Notes: generated from the letters alone by a model not told the origin. 64,000 bases of DNA from an uncultured Thermoanaerobaculia bacterium (GCA_964641415.1 CAZXMW010000006.1:2088-66087); one strand, 5' to 3'. Positions 45,026 to 55,143 are shown, counted from the stretch's first letter. Made by a program: numbers and translations.

Positions 45026-46510
45026 TCAGTTTTTGCCGGCGGCTCTCTCGGGCGGCGCGTGGCCGGATCCGGCGCCGCCGCCGCTGCCGTTGACAAGGAT
45101 CGACACCGCCACGAACACCACGGCCGACACGCCGATGCCGAAGACGTTGCCGTCCAGACCCAGGGGCAGATCGGCCGTCACGAGCTCGAGGACGACCGTG
45201 GTGGCGCCGCCGAGGACCATGGCCGCCATGGCGCCGGCCGGGCTCGCCCGTTTCCAGAACAGGGCGCCGATGACCGGCACGAGCAGACCCGAGACCATGA
45301 AGGCGTACGAGTAGAGCATCAGATCGAGGACGTTGGTCATGGACGCGGCGAGCAGCAGGGCGAAGATGCCGAGGGCGAGAGTCGCCGCCTGGGACATCCT
45401 CAGGAAAGGCGTGCCTGAAGCCCGGACCTTTCTCAGCCGGCCGACGATGTCGCTCACCACATTGCCCGAGCAGGCCATGAGACAGCTGTCCGCGGTCGAC
45501 AGGATGGCCGAAAAGTAGGCGGACATCATCAGACCCATGAGACCGACCGGAAGCACGGTGCGCAACAGCATCGGCAGACCGGTCTCGGGATCGGTCGCCG
45601 AAATGTCGGCGGGCCCCAGGTAGTCGAACATCCCCTGGTCGGCGGCAACTCGCGCGAGCAGACCGAGGGTGACGCCCATTATGGCCATGACCGGCCACTC
45701 GAGCAGACCCGCCACGAACCAGGCGCGCTTGGCGGTGCGCTCGTCGCGGCAGGCGTAGATTCTCTGGTACAGGGTCATGGCCACGAACCAGATGGGGATG
45801 ATCGTGACCCCCCAATTGACCAGGTTCTGCCAGCTCAGGTTGGTCAGGGTGAGCATTTCCGGGGCGAGCACCGATCGGATCTCGGACCATCCACCGACCG
45901 CGTTGTAGGACACCGGCAGGCCGATGAACACTAAACCGAGGATCAGGATCGCCCACTGGACCGTGTCGGTGTAGATCACCGCCTTGAGCCCGCCCATGAC
46001 CGTGTAGCCGACCGCGATGGCGCCCATGATGATGAGGGCCGTCTTGAGGTCGAGGCCCTGGAAAGAACCGCTGGCCAGCTTGGCGCCGGCCAGGATCTGC
46101 GAGGCGGTGAAGCCGATGTAGCCGATCGCTGAGATGATGCCGGCGACGAGAGCGACGGGTCGCGAGTAGAAGAACTCGAAGATGTCCGGAAAGGTCAGTG
46201 CAGTTTCGAAGGCCGGGTTGCGCTTGACCTTCGGAATCAGCAGGACTGCGCTCAGCCACGCGCCGACGAGTCCGGTGAACAGCATCCAGGAGCCGGACAG
46301 ACCCATGGTGAATCCGAGCCCCCCGAGGCCGATGGAGAACCCGCCTCCGACGTCAGTTGCAACGACCGACATCCCGACGTGCACGCTGCCCATGCCCCGG
46401 CCGCCGACGTAGTAGTCGTCGGCGCCCTTGTTCCGGCGCAGGAAGTAGAATCCGATGCCCAGCATGATGACCATGTAGAGCAGGAAGATCGAGAGATCGA
46501 TCGGGTGCAT
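45026..46510 (-). CDS. sodium:solute symporter family transporter
   Basis: MHPIDLSIFLLYMVIMLGIGFYFLRRNKGADDYYVGGRGMG... is an SSF N-terminal signature, with about 13 TM. ATG 46510 was chosen inside ORF 45026..46582. Confidence 0.9.
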   Translation of the reverse strand: MHPIDLSIFLLYMVIMLGIGFYFLRRNKGADDYYVGGRGMGSVHVGMSVVATDVGGGFSIGLGGLGFTMGLSGSWMLFTGLVGAWLSAVLLIPKVKRNPAFETALTFPDIFEFFYSRPVALVAGIISAIGYIGFTASQILAGAKLASGSFQGLDLKTALIIMGAIAVGYTVMGGLKAVIYTDTVQWAILILGLVFIGLPVSYNAVGGWSEIRSVLAPEMLTLTNLSWQNLVNWGVTIIPIWFVAMTLYQRIYACRDERTAKRAWFVAGLLEWPVMAIMGVTLGLLARVAADQGMFDYLGPADISATDPETGLPMLLRTVLPVGLMGLMMSAYFSAILSTADSCLMACSGNVVSDIVGRLRKVRASGTPFLRMSQAATLALGIFALLLAASMTNVLDLMLYSYAFMVSGLLVPVIGALFWKRASPAGAMAAMVLGGATTVVLELVTADLPLGLDGNVFGIGVSAVVFVAVSILVNGSGGGAGSGHAPPERAAGKN

Positions 46511-46740
46511 TGCGGCTACTCCTCGGGATTCGTTCGCGTGGTGCGATGGCGGCCGGTCGAGCGCGCTCGGCGCGAACCTCAAGGATCGGCGGCGGTCTCC
46601 ATCCAGGGTCGACCGTCTCGTCGTTCGAGTGTCATCCCGCCCATTGTTGCACTGCCCCGGGGATCCTGCACGGGCGAGTCGATGTGCGCTGGTATTTTCT
46701 CGTCGGCATGAGGAGCACGCGATCGCTCGGGGAAAGGGGC

Positions 46741-47177
46741 ATGACCGCAGGATGCAACGATGCTGTCGCGTTCGACAACGAGCGGTATCTCGCGGAGCAG
46801 AGCGAGGCGATTCTCGACAAGATCACCGGTGAGTCCATCAGCACCTGGACCTCATGAGTCCGGCAGTGATCGGATCCATCGGCACCCTGCGCAAAGAGCT
46901 GCTCGGTCAGAAGTCCATCAGCCTGAACCTGGAGGAGACGCTCATCGCGTTGAGCATCAGCTCGACCACCAGCCCGACTGCAGACCAGGCGATGCAGCAG
47001 CCTCCGAAGCTGTCGGGCTGTGAGCCCCACCTCACCCACCTGCCGACGCCCGGCGACGAACGGGGTCTCCGGCGGCTCGGTGTCAACCTGACGTGCGATT
47101 CCCACTTCGCATCCAACAGGCTCTTCGTGTCGGAGCGGACGGGCACCTTCGCCCCCGGGGCCTGTGCCGGTGATTGA
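46741..47177 (+). pseudogene. DUF1846 (UPF0371)-family gene remnant with large internal deletion and frameshift
   Basis: The N-terminal piece MTAGCNDAVAFDNERYLAEQSEAILDKI matches, from memory, the family N-terminus (.GFD.EKYL..QS..ILERI). A second frame gives ISLNLEETLIALSISSTTSPTADQAM...LSGCEPHLTHLPTPGDERGLRRLGVNLTCDSHF, like the family C-terminus. The roughly 350 aa expected between them are absent. Confidence 0.6.
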
Positions 47178-47250
47178 CCGCCGCGAAGCGACGCTTTACG
47201 GTGTCAGGAGCCCGCCGGACGCGACGTCCGGAACGTCGACGGAGGATCCG

Positions 47251-47757
47251 ATGTATTTCCTCGCACCACCGGAGCCGCCATCCGACGATCCCCGGTGGAA
47301 GATGGTGGCAGCGGTCATGCGCCGGCACGGCCATCGCCCGGATGCCGCGATCGAGAGCCTGCACGCGGTGCAGGAGGCGTTCGGCCACCTCGATCCGGAG
47401 GCGCTTCGGTACGTTGCCGTCAGCCTCCGGGTGCCGCTGAGCCGGATGTACGGGCTGGCGACCTTCTACCACTTCTTCTCGCTCGATCCGCCGGGCGATC
47501 ACACCTGCATTCTGTGCACCGGGACGGCGTGCTACATCAAGGGCGTTCCCGGCATCGTCGCCGCCGTGCGGTCGGCCTTCGGGCTCGAGCTCGGCGAGAC
47601 CGCCGCCGACCGGTCGCTGTCGTTCAAGAGCGCCCGCTGCCTCGGCGCCTGCGGCCAGGCGCCGATCGCCGTCATCGACGATGCGATGGTCGGCAGCTTG
47701 ACGCCCGAGTCGGCCGTCGAGGAGCTTCGAAAGGTCATGAGCCATGGCGACGACTGA
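47251..47757 (+). CDS. hoxE: bidirectional hydrogenase diaphorase subunit HoxE (NuoE-like 2Fe-2S)
   Basis: GGAGGA RBS. Blocks [11 protein letters not shown] and [10 protein letters not shown]...[14 protein letters not shown]. Confidence 0.85.
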   Translation: MYFLAPPEPPSDDPRWKMVAAVMRRHGHRPDAAIESLHAVQEAFGHLDPEALRYVAVSLRVPLSRMYGLATFYHFFSLDPPGDHTCILCTGTACYIKGVPGIVAAVRSAFGLELGETAADRSLSFKSARCLGACGQAPIAVIDDAMVGSLTPESAVEELRKVMSHGDD

Positions 47758-49357
47758 AGACCTCGAGGAGGTCATTGCTGAAGAGCGCGAACGAATGGCG
47801 GCGTTCCGCCACCGTCTGCTCGTGTGCACCGCGTCGGGCTGCCCCAACGGCCGCATCGTTCGCGACGCGCTCGCCGAGGCCGTCGCTGAAGAGGGCCTCG
47901 CAGACGAGATCGACGTGGCCGGCGTCGGCTGCATGGGGCTGTGCGCGAAAGGCACTCTGGTTGCGGTTCTGCCGGCGGAAATCCTGTACGGGCCGGTGAC
48001 GCCGTCAGACGTTCGGGAGGTTGTCTCGTCGCTCGGCGGCGAGCCGGTCCGGCGCCTGGTCGTCGATCTCGAGATGCCGTTCTTCACCCGCCAGCGAAAG
48101 GTCGTGCTCGAGAACTCGGGCCGGGTCGATCCCGACCGGATCGAGAGCGCACTCGATGCCGGCGGCTACGCCTCGCTGGTTCGCGCGCTGACCGAGATGA
48201 CGCCGTTCGCGGTCATCGACGAAGTGACCCGGTCAGGTCTGCGCGGTCGCGGCGGCGGAGGCTACCCGACCGGTCTCAAGTGGTCGACGGTGGCCAAGTC
48301 CGAGGGCGACCAGAAGATCGTCATCTGCAACGCCGACGAGGGCGACCCCGGCGCCTTCATGGACCGCTCGGTGCTCGAGTCGGACCCGCACCGGGTGCTC
48401 GAGGGCATGGCCATCGCCGCCTACGCGGTGGGTGCAAACCAGGGCTACATCTACGTCCGCGCCGAGTACCCCCTCGCCATCGAGCGGCTCCAGACCGCCA
48501 TCAAGCGCGCGCGGCGACTGGGCCTGCTCGGCTCGAGCGTCGTGTCGACCCCGTTCAACTTCAAGGTGGAGGTCCGGCTCGGCGCCGGCGCCTTCGTGTG
48601 CGGCGAGGAGACGGCCCTCATCGCCTCCATCGAGGGCCGGCAGGGCTTCCCGGTCCCGAGACCGCCGTATCCCGCCGAGCGCGGGCTGTGGGATCGCCCG
48701 ACCCTGATCAACAACGTCGAGACCTTCGCCAACGTGCCGTCGATCATCCGCGACGGCGGCGACGCGTTCGCCGCCGTCGGCACCGAGCGATCCAAGGGGA
48801 CCAAGGTGTTCGCTCTCGCCGGCCGGGTCGTCAACACCGGACTCATCGAGGTGCCCATGGGAACAACCCTCGGCGAGATCATCGTTGACATGGGCGGAGG
48901 AGTTTCGGGCGGACTCGCCTGCAAGGCAGTGCAGACCGGGGGACCGTCCGGCGGATGCGTACCGGCCCATCTGTTCGAGACGCCGGTCGACTACGAGAGC
49001 TTGCTCGACCTCGGCTCGATGATGGGGTCCGGCGGGATGATCGTCATGGACGAGTCCTCCGACATGGTCGACGTGGCGAGGTTCTTCATGGAGTTCTGCA
49101 TGACCGAGAGCTGCGGCAAGTGCGTTCCGTGCCGGGTCGGCACCGCCCAGCTGCACGATCTGCTGCGACGGATCACCGACCGGCAGGCGTCGCCCGACGA
49201 GCTCGCGACGCTCGAGGCGCTGTGCGAGATGGTTCGCGACACCTCGCTGTGCGGGCTCGGGCAGTCGGCGCCCAACCCGGTCCTGTCGACGCTCCGCCAT
49301 TTCCGCGATGAGTACGTCGAGCGGCTGTCGGCCCACGCGACGGCCGGGGAGGTGTGA
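47744..49357 (+). CDS. hoxF: bidirectional hydrogenase diaphorase subunit HoxF (NuoF-like, FMN/NAD)
   Basis: Motifs [41 protein letters not shown]. Confidence 0.9.
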   Translation: MATTEDLEEVIAEERERMAAFRHRLLVCTASGCPNGRIVRDALAEAVAEEGLADEIDVAGVGCMGLCAKGTLVAVLPAEILYGPVTPSDVREVVSSLGGEPVRRLVVDLEMPFFTRQRKVVLENSGRVDPDRIESALDAGGYASLVRALTEMTPFAVIDEVTRSGLRGRGGGGYPTGLKWSTVAKSEGDQKIVICNADEGDPGAFMDRSVLESDPHRVLEGMAIAAYAVGANQGYIYVRAEYPLAIERLQTAIKRARRLGLLGSSVVSTPFNFKVEVRLGAGAFVCGEETALIASIEGRQGFPVPRPPYPAERGLWDRPTLINNVETFANVPSIIRDGGDAFAAVGTERSKGTKVFALAGRVVNTGLIEVPMGTTLGEIIVDMGGGVSGGLACKAVQTGGPSGGCVPAHLFETPVDYESLLDLGSMMGSGGMIVMDESSDMVDVARFFMEFCMTESCGKCVPCRVGTAQLHDLLRRITDRQASPDELATLEALCEMVRDTSLCGLGQSAPNPVLSTLRHFRDEYVERLSAHATAGEV

Positions 49358-49358
49358 G

Positions 49359-50072
49359 ATGGCGCCGCGCATCGTCACCCTCAGGATCGACGGCCGCGAC
49401 GTCGGCGCCCGCGATGACGAGACCGTGCTCGAGGTCGCACGCGAGAACGGTATCGACATCCCGACGCTGTGCTTCCTCGAGGGGTTGTCGACGGTCGGAG
49501 CGTGCCGGCTGTGCCTGGTCGAAATCGGCTCGAGCTCGAAGCTGGTGCCCGCCTGTGTGACCCGGGTCGAGGAGGGAATGGAGGTCCGCACCGACACCGA
49601 CCGGCTCCGGCTGTACCGGAGAACGGTGCTCGAACTCATCTTCTCCGAGCGCAATCACGTGTGTGCGGTGTGCGTGTCCAACGGCTTCTGCGAGCTTCAG
49701 AGCCTCGCGGCCCGGCTCGGGATGGACCAGGTCGGGGTCCCGTACCGGTTCCCGAGGTTCGAGGTCGACGCGAGCCACCCGCGCTTCATCAACGACCCGA
49801 ACCGCTGCATCCTGTGCAGCCGCTGCATCCGGGTCTGCGACGAGATCGAGGGGGCCCACACCTGGGACGTCGCCCGGCGCGGCGTCGACGCCCACGTCGT
49901 GGCCGACCTCGGCGGCAGGTGGGGCGACTCCGAGACCTGCACCGGCTGCGGCAAGTGCGTCCAGGTCTGTCCCACGGGGGCGCTCACCGAGAAGGGCCAC
50001 GCGGTCGCCGAGATGCGCAAGCAGAGCAAGTTCCTGCCCTATCTGCGGGCGATGCGGGAGAGCCGCCGATGA
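49359..50072 (+). CDS. hoxU: bidirectional hydrogenase diaphorase subunit HoxU (NuoG N-terminal-like Fe-S)
   Basis: Motifs GACRLCLVEI (2Fe-2S), CILCSRCIRVC, CTGCGKCVQVCPTGAL. Confidence 0.9.
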   Translation: MAPRIVTLRIDGRDVGARDDETVLEVARENGIDIPTLCFLEGLSTVGACRLCLVEIGSSSKLVPACVTRVEEGMEVRTDTDRLRLYRRTVLELIFSERNHVCAVCVSNGFCELQSLAARLGMDQVGVPYRFPRFEVDASHPRFINDPNRCILCSRCIRVCDEIEGAHTWDVARRGVDAHVVADLGGRWGDSETCTGCGKCVQVCPTGALTEKGHAVAEMRKQSKFLPYLRAMRESRR

Positions 50073-50602
50073 CCGCCAAGATCACCATGGCGACGGTCTG
50101 GCTCGACGGTTGCTCGGGCTGTCACATGAGCTTCCTCGATCTCGATGAGCGTCTGCTCTCACTCGCCGAACGGGTGGAGCTGGTGTACAGCCCGCTGGTC
50201 GACGCGAAGGCCTTTCCTGAGCACGTCGACCTGGTGCTGGTCGAGGGTGCCGTTGCGACCGAAGAGGACCTGCAGAAGGTCGAGATGATCCGCGGCCGCG
50301 CCAGGATTCTCGTGTCGCTCGGCGACTGCGCGGTGACCGGCAACGTGGCGGCCCTGCGCAATCCATTCGGCACCGATGCCGTCTTCGAGCGGGCCTACGA
50401 GGAGCACGTCACCGCCGAGCCGCGTCGTCCCGACCGCGAGCTCCCGGTGCTGCTCGAGCGCGCGACGCCGGTGCACGAGAAGGTGACCGTGGATCTCGTG
50501 ATTCCAGGATGTCCGCCCTCGGCTGATCTCATCTGGCACGCTCTCAGCGAGCTCGTCGAGGGTCGGATCCCCGACCTCACCGCCGAGACCCGATTCGGTT
50601 AG
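50069..50602 (+). CDS. hoxY: NiFe hydrogenase small subunit HoxY (group 3d)
   Basis: Motifs [33 protein letters not shown] overlap with hoxU. Confidence 0.9.
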   Translation: MTAKITMATVWLDGCSGCHMSFLDLDERLLSLAERVELVYSPLVDAKAFPEHVDLVLVEGAVATEEDLQKVEMIRGRARILVSLGDCAVTGNVAALRNPFGTDAVFERAYEEHVTAEPRRPDRELPVLLERATPVHEKVTVDLVIPGCPPSADLIWHALSELVEGRIPDLTAETRFG

Positions 50603-50612
50603 GAGCCCGGTC

Positions 50613-52043
50613 ATGACCGAGACTGTCGTCATCAACCCCGTCACCCGTATCGAGGGCCACGGCAAGATCACCATCGAGCTTGACGAGCACGGCTTCGTCG
50701 CCGGCGCGCGGTTCCACGTCACCCAACTGCGCGGTTTCGAGACCTTCTGCCAGGGCCGGCCGTTCGCCGAGATGCCGTCGCTCATGGCCCGGATCTGCGG
50801 CATCTGTCCGGTCAGCCACCTCGTGGCGTCAGCCAAGGCCTGCGACGACGTGATGGCGGTGACGGTCCCTCCCACCGCCGAGAAGCTCCGTCGCGTCATG
50901 AATCTGGCGCAGATCATCCAGAGCCACGCGCTGAGCTTCTTTCATCTGTCGTCGCCGGACCTGCTGCTCGGCATGGACGCCGAGCAGGACCAGCGCAACT
51001 TCCTCGCCCTCGCCGCGCACCACCCGGGAATCGTTCGCGAGGGCATCGAGCTGCGGAAGTTCGGCCAGCAGGTCATCGAGATGCTCGGGGGCCGCCGCAT
51101 CCACCCGGCCTGGATCGTGCCCGGCGGCGTTGCCGCGCCGCTGGAAAGCGACCAGCGGGACGCCATCGCCGAGCGGATCCCGAGCCAGATCCGGGTCGTG
51201 CAGCGCACCCTCGACTGGTTCAAGAGCCTGCTCGAAGGGTTCGCGGAGGAGATCCGGTCGTTCGCCAACTTCCCGTCGGCCTTCATGGCGCTCGTCGACG
51301 ACGACGGCGGGCTCGAGCACTACGACGGCCGGCTCCGGGTCGTCGACGCCGCCGGCGAAACGACGGTCGACGACGTCGACCCGACACGGTACGAGGGGCT
51401 CATCGGCGAGGCCGTCGAACCGTGGACCTACCTCAAGTTCCCCTACCTGCTGTCGAAGGGCTACCCCGACGGCATGTATCGGGTCGGGCCTCTGGCGCGG
51501 CTCAACGTCGTCGACTCCTGCGGGACACCGTGGGCCGATCAGGAGCTCGCCGAGTTTCGCGGGCTCGGTCACGGCGCGGTTCACTCGTCGTTCTACTTCC
51601 ACTACGCGCGACTCATCGAGATTCTCTTCTGCCTCGAGCGGATGCAGCAGATTCTCGCCGACGACGGCGTCCTCGACCCGCGGGTCCGGGCCCACGCCGA
51701 CGCCAACTCGTCCGAGGGAATCGGCGTGGCGGAGGCGCCGCGCGGGCTGCTCATCCACCACTACCGGGTCGATCGCCAGGGGCTGGTCGAGGACGCCAAC
51801 CTCATCATCGCCACCGGACACAACAACCTGGCCATGAACCGCGGGGTCTACCAGGTCGCGAAGCGCTTCATCCGGGATGGACGCCTCGACGACGGTATCC
51901 TCAACCGGGTCGAAGCGGTGATCCGCGCCTTCGACCCCTGCCTGTCGTGCTCGACCCACGCCGTGGGGAAGATGCCGCTTGAGCTCCGGCTCGTCGACGT
52001 GCGCGGCCGAGAACTCGACCGTTTGGTGCGCGACGACAAATAG
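50613..52043 (+). CDS. hoxH: NiFe hydrogenase large subunit HoxH (group 3d)
   Basis: N-terminal [10 protein letters not shown] and C-terminal DPCLSCSTH NiFe-ligand motifs, followed by a cleavable extension [13 protein letters not shown]... Confidence 0.95.
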   Translation: MTETVVINPVTRIEGHGKITIELDEHGFVAGARFHVTQLRGFETFCQGRPFAEMPSLMARICGICPVSHLVASAKACDDVMAVTVPPTAEKLRRVMNLAQIIQSHALSFFHLSSPDLLLGMDAEQDQRNFLALAAHHPGIVREGIELRKFGQQVIEMLGGRRIHPAWIVPGGVAAPLESDQRDAIAERIPSQIRVVQRTLDWFKSLLEGFAEEIRSFANFPSAFMALVDDDGGLEHYDGRLRVVDAAGETTVDDVDPTRYEGLIGEAVEPWTYLKFPYLLSKGYPDGMYRVGPLARLNVVDSCGTPWADQELAEFRGLGHGAVHSSFYFHYARLIEILFCLERMQQILADDGVLDPRVRAHADANSSEGIGVAEAPRGLLIHHYRVDRQGLVEDANLIIATGHNNLAMNRGVYQVAKRFIRDGRLDDGILNRVEAVIRAFDPCLSCSTHAVGKMPLELRLVDVRGRELDRLVRDDK

Positions 52044-52044
52044 C

Positions 52045-52488
52045 TCAGGCAGTCTCGACGAGCGCGACAACTGCGGCGACGGCCTCGGGGAGGGCCGCCT
52101 CGACCGCAGGTGAGAGCGCTTCACCGAGCTCGAGGTTGCCGGCGCCGACGCTGACGAGCCAGACCTCGGGGCGGCCCTCGAAGAGAGCGTACGCCCCGTT
52201 GACGAGCTCCTGGGGACCGAGCAGGTGCGCGGCGGCAGGCTGCCAGCCGGTGTCGGTCGGTCGGATCGGGGTTCGGCGGATCTCTCCGGGCGCCAGATCG
52301 ACGGCGGCGTCCACGAGCACCACGCGCTGAGCACGGGCGGCCGCCTCGATGTGCTCCGGCAGCAGCTGGTGCACCTCGAGCACCTCGGCCTCGACCATCG
52401 ACGCCACCTCACGGGCAACGGCGGGGCCGACGCCATCGTCGCGCCTGAGCCGGTTGCCGACGCCGACAACGAGAACTCCGGATCGCAT
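52045..52488 (-). CDS. hoxW: hydrogenase maturation endopeptidase (HoxW/HycI family)
   Basis: MRSGVLVVGVGNRLRRDDGVGPAVA... with a later VVLVDA block. Convergent with hoxH, with one nucleotide between the two stop codons. Confidence 0.85.
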   Translation of the reverse strand: MRSGVLVVGVGNRLRRDDGVGPAVAREVASMVEAEVLEVHQLLPEHIEAAARAQRVVLVDAAVDLAPGEIRRTPIRPTDTGWQPAAAHLLGPQELVNGAYALFEGRPEVWLVSVGAGNLELGEALSPAVEAALPEAVAAVVALVETA

Positions 52489-52531
52489 GATTCCTGTGAA
52501 GTGTAACCGGTTGTGGGGGCGGTTGACTCCA

Positions 52532-52729
52532 CTGTGCCCGTCGTGCGCGGCGAAGCGGTCGGCCGCGACGGAGAGAAAAACCGGTTGCGCCCGCGTGGGT
52601 GCCGGGCTCCAACTTTGTACGCCGCGAACAAAGTTGCGTGCCTGGCATCCCCTTCCATCGCGATGCGGAAAACAAGCGCCTAGGGGCGTGGTACCTTCGA
52701 GGCAGGTGAAAGGAAATTCCTATCGGAGC
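52532..52729 (+). repeat. repeat family D, copy 1 (198 bp), 5' part of a long non-coding region
   Basis: Near-identical to 56643..56838 (about 9 differences including a 2-nt indel). Contains hairpin CCGT..CGCGGC-N10-GCCGCG-ACGG, the string TTGCGCCCGCGTGGGTGCCGGG, and a perfect 9-bp hairpin CAACTTTGT-N9-ACAAAGTTG. Confidence 0.85.
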
Positions 52730-53326
52730 GGCCGACAAGGTCGCGAGTCTTGCGGGGTGGAAGTCCCCGCGCCCTCAATTGCCCGGTTCGGAGGGCTAGC
52801 ATATCCGATGCATACACCGGTAACGATGCATGTTCTGCTCGGACGTAAACGCCACGGCCGCCCTGCGGTTGGAATTCGCGGAGGTGGGAGCGACCTGGGT
52901 GGCAGGCAAACTTGGAGGCCCGAACATCATGGAATTGCTGCAGTTGCGAAATTCCCTTCCACTGTGAAGTTGCTGGAGTGGGTATTCGCGGGGGAGCCGA
53001 CCTGTGATAGGACGGGGACGGCCGATGATGCGGGGGAAGAAACGGGCGAGTGCACCCCGCAGACCGCTGCGACGGGGGCCCGAGCATCCAAGGATACAAG
53101 CCAGGGTCAGAACCGGACTCGGAAAATCCGACCGTCCGGGATCGTAGCGGGGCCCATGGAGACGTGGACCATGGTTGGAGCTGCACGGGCACGGACCGCC
53201 GAAAGGCCGACACAGCCAAGCCTTGACCTAACGCCGCGCGCGCCAAGGTTCTATCACGACCGTCGTCCCGAAGCGACACGGGTTTCGGGGTATCGTTCAA
53301 TCGTCAAAAGGCAGTGGAGGCGACAC

Positions 53327-54790
53327 ATGACAGGACGATGGATGGCCGCACTGGCCGTGGTGGCGATGGCGGGAAGCGGCGTCAGCGCCCTCGCCGTCGA
53401 GCCCGAGAACGGAGTCGAGGCCGCAAGGAGGGCAGCCGACGCGTTGTCGATGGCCACGGAACAGACACCGATCACCGGTTCGCTTGACGGCGTCATCATG
53501 GAGGAAGAACCGCCCTCCGCGCCGAACCTCAAATGGCTGCACTCCCAGGCGGTGATATCGGCCCCGACGCTCGAGATGGTCGAGCCGTCGATTGCCACGG
53601 CTCCGGACGGCCGGCTGTTCGCCGCCGTGGATGAGAGAGGGACGGCGGCGATTTACATCTATCATTCGACGGACTACGGCGTGACGTGGTCGCCGCTCGT
53701 AGTGTACGCGCACGGGCCGCTGACCCGGAACCCGGCGCTGGCATATGCCGAGATTTCCGGCCAGAAGTGGCTCGTCTTCGTCTACGAGCTCGTGCTCTCG
53801 GATGCTTCACGATCGTTGTACGCGTTCCGTTTCGATCCGGACGACACCGGGAACTGGATGACCGTCCCCATCGAAATCGACATCTCGTGGCTGAACGCAT
53901 CGACCGAGCTCCACCCGCAGATCACAACGGACTACCTCGATTGGCCCTCGCCTTATTTTTACGTGACCTACGCCACTCCGTCGATCGAACACTATCCGGT
54001 CTTCTTCACCCGGAGCACCGATCAGGGAGCGACCTGGAGCACCCCGGAGGAAGTCAGCGGGGGTTCCGATATCACCGGCTTCGAATCGAAGCCGGAAATC
54101 ACGTACTGCGCATATGACGACGATGTCTACATCGCATTCAACAAACCGGGGTGGACCGGCAGTGCCTGGGAGCAGCAGGTCTGGGTCACGAAGAGTGGAA
54201 ACTGCGGAGCAGCGGGCTCGTGGCAAGCTCCGGTTCAGGTGACGTCGTCGCCCCGTCCCGACCATCATCCCTCGATCGCAGCCGCGTGGGACGCCGCGAC
54301 GATCGTCGTGAGCTTCACGTCTGAGTACAGCGCGAGCGACAACGATGTCGAAAGAACGTTCTCGACCGACGGCGGAGCGACCTGGTCAAGCCCAGTTTCG
54401 ATGCCCGGGTGGACCTACGATCAGGAGGACAACGTCGATCTCGCCGCCAGCCGGTCGGCGGGAGGGCGCTTCCACGCGGCCTACCGCAAGGATGAGCCGA
54501 GTCCGGCTCTTGGCCACATCCACTACAGCTGGGCTCACGTCGCGATGCCGGATATTTGGAGCATGCCGGTGATTGTCGACAACACCGCCAACGTCAGCGG
54601 CGCCGGATTCCACCCGCGCCCTTCGATCGCAGTGCTTCAGTCGGTTCCGCCGAGCGTCGATGCGGTGATGGCGTGGACCGAGATCTCCGCGACCTATCAA
54701 GTCATCTTCGACGGTCCCGGGGCCGGCTTGCTCTTCGCCGACGACTTCGAGTCCGGGGGACTCACCGGGTGGTCGGCGACGGTACATTGA
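53327..54790 (+). CDS. secreted BNR/Asp-box (sialidase-like beta-propeller) protein with C-terminal FADDFESG..W motif
   Basis: GGAGG RBS. Signal MTGRWMAALAVVAMAGSGVSALA. Three Asp-boxes: STDYGVTW, STDQGATW, STDGGATW. Ends ...GLLFADDFESGGLTGWSATVH. The 326 codons upstream in the same open frame lack coding-type codon bias. Confidence 0.85.
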   Translation: MTGRWMAALAVVAMAGSGVSALAVEPENGVEAARRAADALSMATEQTPITGSLDGVIMEEEPPSAPNLKWLHSQAVISAPTLEMVEPSIATAPDGRLFAAVDERGTAAIYIYHSTDYGVTWSPLVVYAHGPLTRNPALAYAEISGQKWLVFVYELVLSDASRSLYAFRFDPDDTGNWMTVPIEIDISWLNASTELHPQITTDYLDWPSPYFYVTYATPSIEHYPVFFTRSTDQGATWSTPEEVSGGSDITGFESKPEITYCAYDDDVYIAFNKPGWTGSAWEQQVWVTKSGNCGAAGSWQAPVQVTSSPRPDHHPSIAAAWDAATIVVSFTSEYSASDNDVERTFSTDGGATWSSPVSMPGWTYDQEDNVDLAASRSAGGRFHAAYRKDEPSPALGHIHYSWAHVAMPDIWSMPVIVDNTANVSGAGFHPRPSIAVLQSVPPSVDAVMAWTEISATYQVIFDGPGAGLLFADDFESGGLTGWSATVH

Positions 54791-54830
54791 CCCCTGCCGC
54801 GAACGTACTGGCGCCCGTATACCCGTAGAT

Positions 54831-54930
54831 TCAGAGTTCGCCGAACTCCTCGACGAGTTGGACGCAAAACTGTCGGAAGCCTGTTATGAATGAACCAAGA
54901 TCGTCTGAATCGTCTGACCCGGCACCCGTA
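54831..54930 (+). repeat. repeat family C, copy 1 (about 100 bp, diverged)
   Basis: CAGAGTTCGCCGAACTCCTCGACGAGTTGGACGC...AGATCGTCTGAATCGTCTGACCCGGCACCCGTA. Contains the palindrome GAGTTCGcCGAACTC and a tandem ATCGTCTGA x2. Confidence 0.8.
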
Positions 54931-55143
54931 TTGAGATCATCAGGATGAGAGCGCAGCGCCTCATTTCGGCCTACAGCTCAGGGTGTGCTTCGTGACCCGG
55001 TGATGATCCCCGGGACCGGCGTCCTATCCAAGGCCGCAACTCGAGGCGCAGCGCCCCTTGTCACCGCTGTTCAAGAACCCTATATTGAGAGTCGATTCAC
55101 AAACGACAGAAACCTGCGAGACACGCCTTCTGAGGGGATCGTC

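Noticed and set aside
47174-47202. Possible hoxE promoter TTGACC-N17-TACGGT
   Set aside because: The -10 hexamer is poor and the site lies inside the DUF1846 remnant. It is too weak to call from sequence alone.
52349-53326. 326-codon N-terminal extension of the BNR protein (track ORF 52349..54790)
   Set aside because: The extension has no G/C third-position bias and overlaps hoxW and repeat D. The signal peptide plus GGAGG RBS at 53327 define the real start.
52532-53326. Resemblances to RNase P RNA (GGAAGTCC, GGTGAAAGG, GTAAACGCCAC), a cobalamin riboswitch (GGTGAAAGGAAATTCC) and a sigma54 promoter (TGGCATCCCCTTCCA)
   Set aside because: The RNase-P-like strings are in the wrong order and the conserved P4 sequences are missing. 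The B12-box is absent. The sigma54-like site has the wrong spacing and lacks the GC of the -12 element. An intact group II intron was also not accepted, because no canonical domain V and no RT ORF were found.
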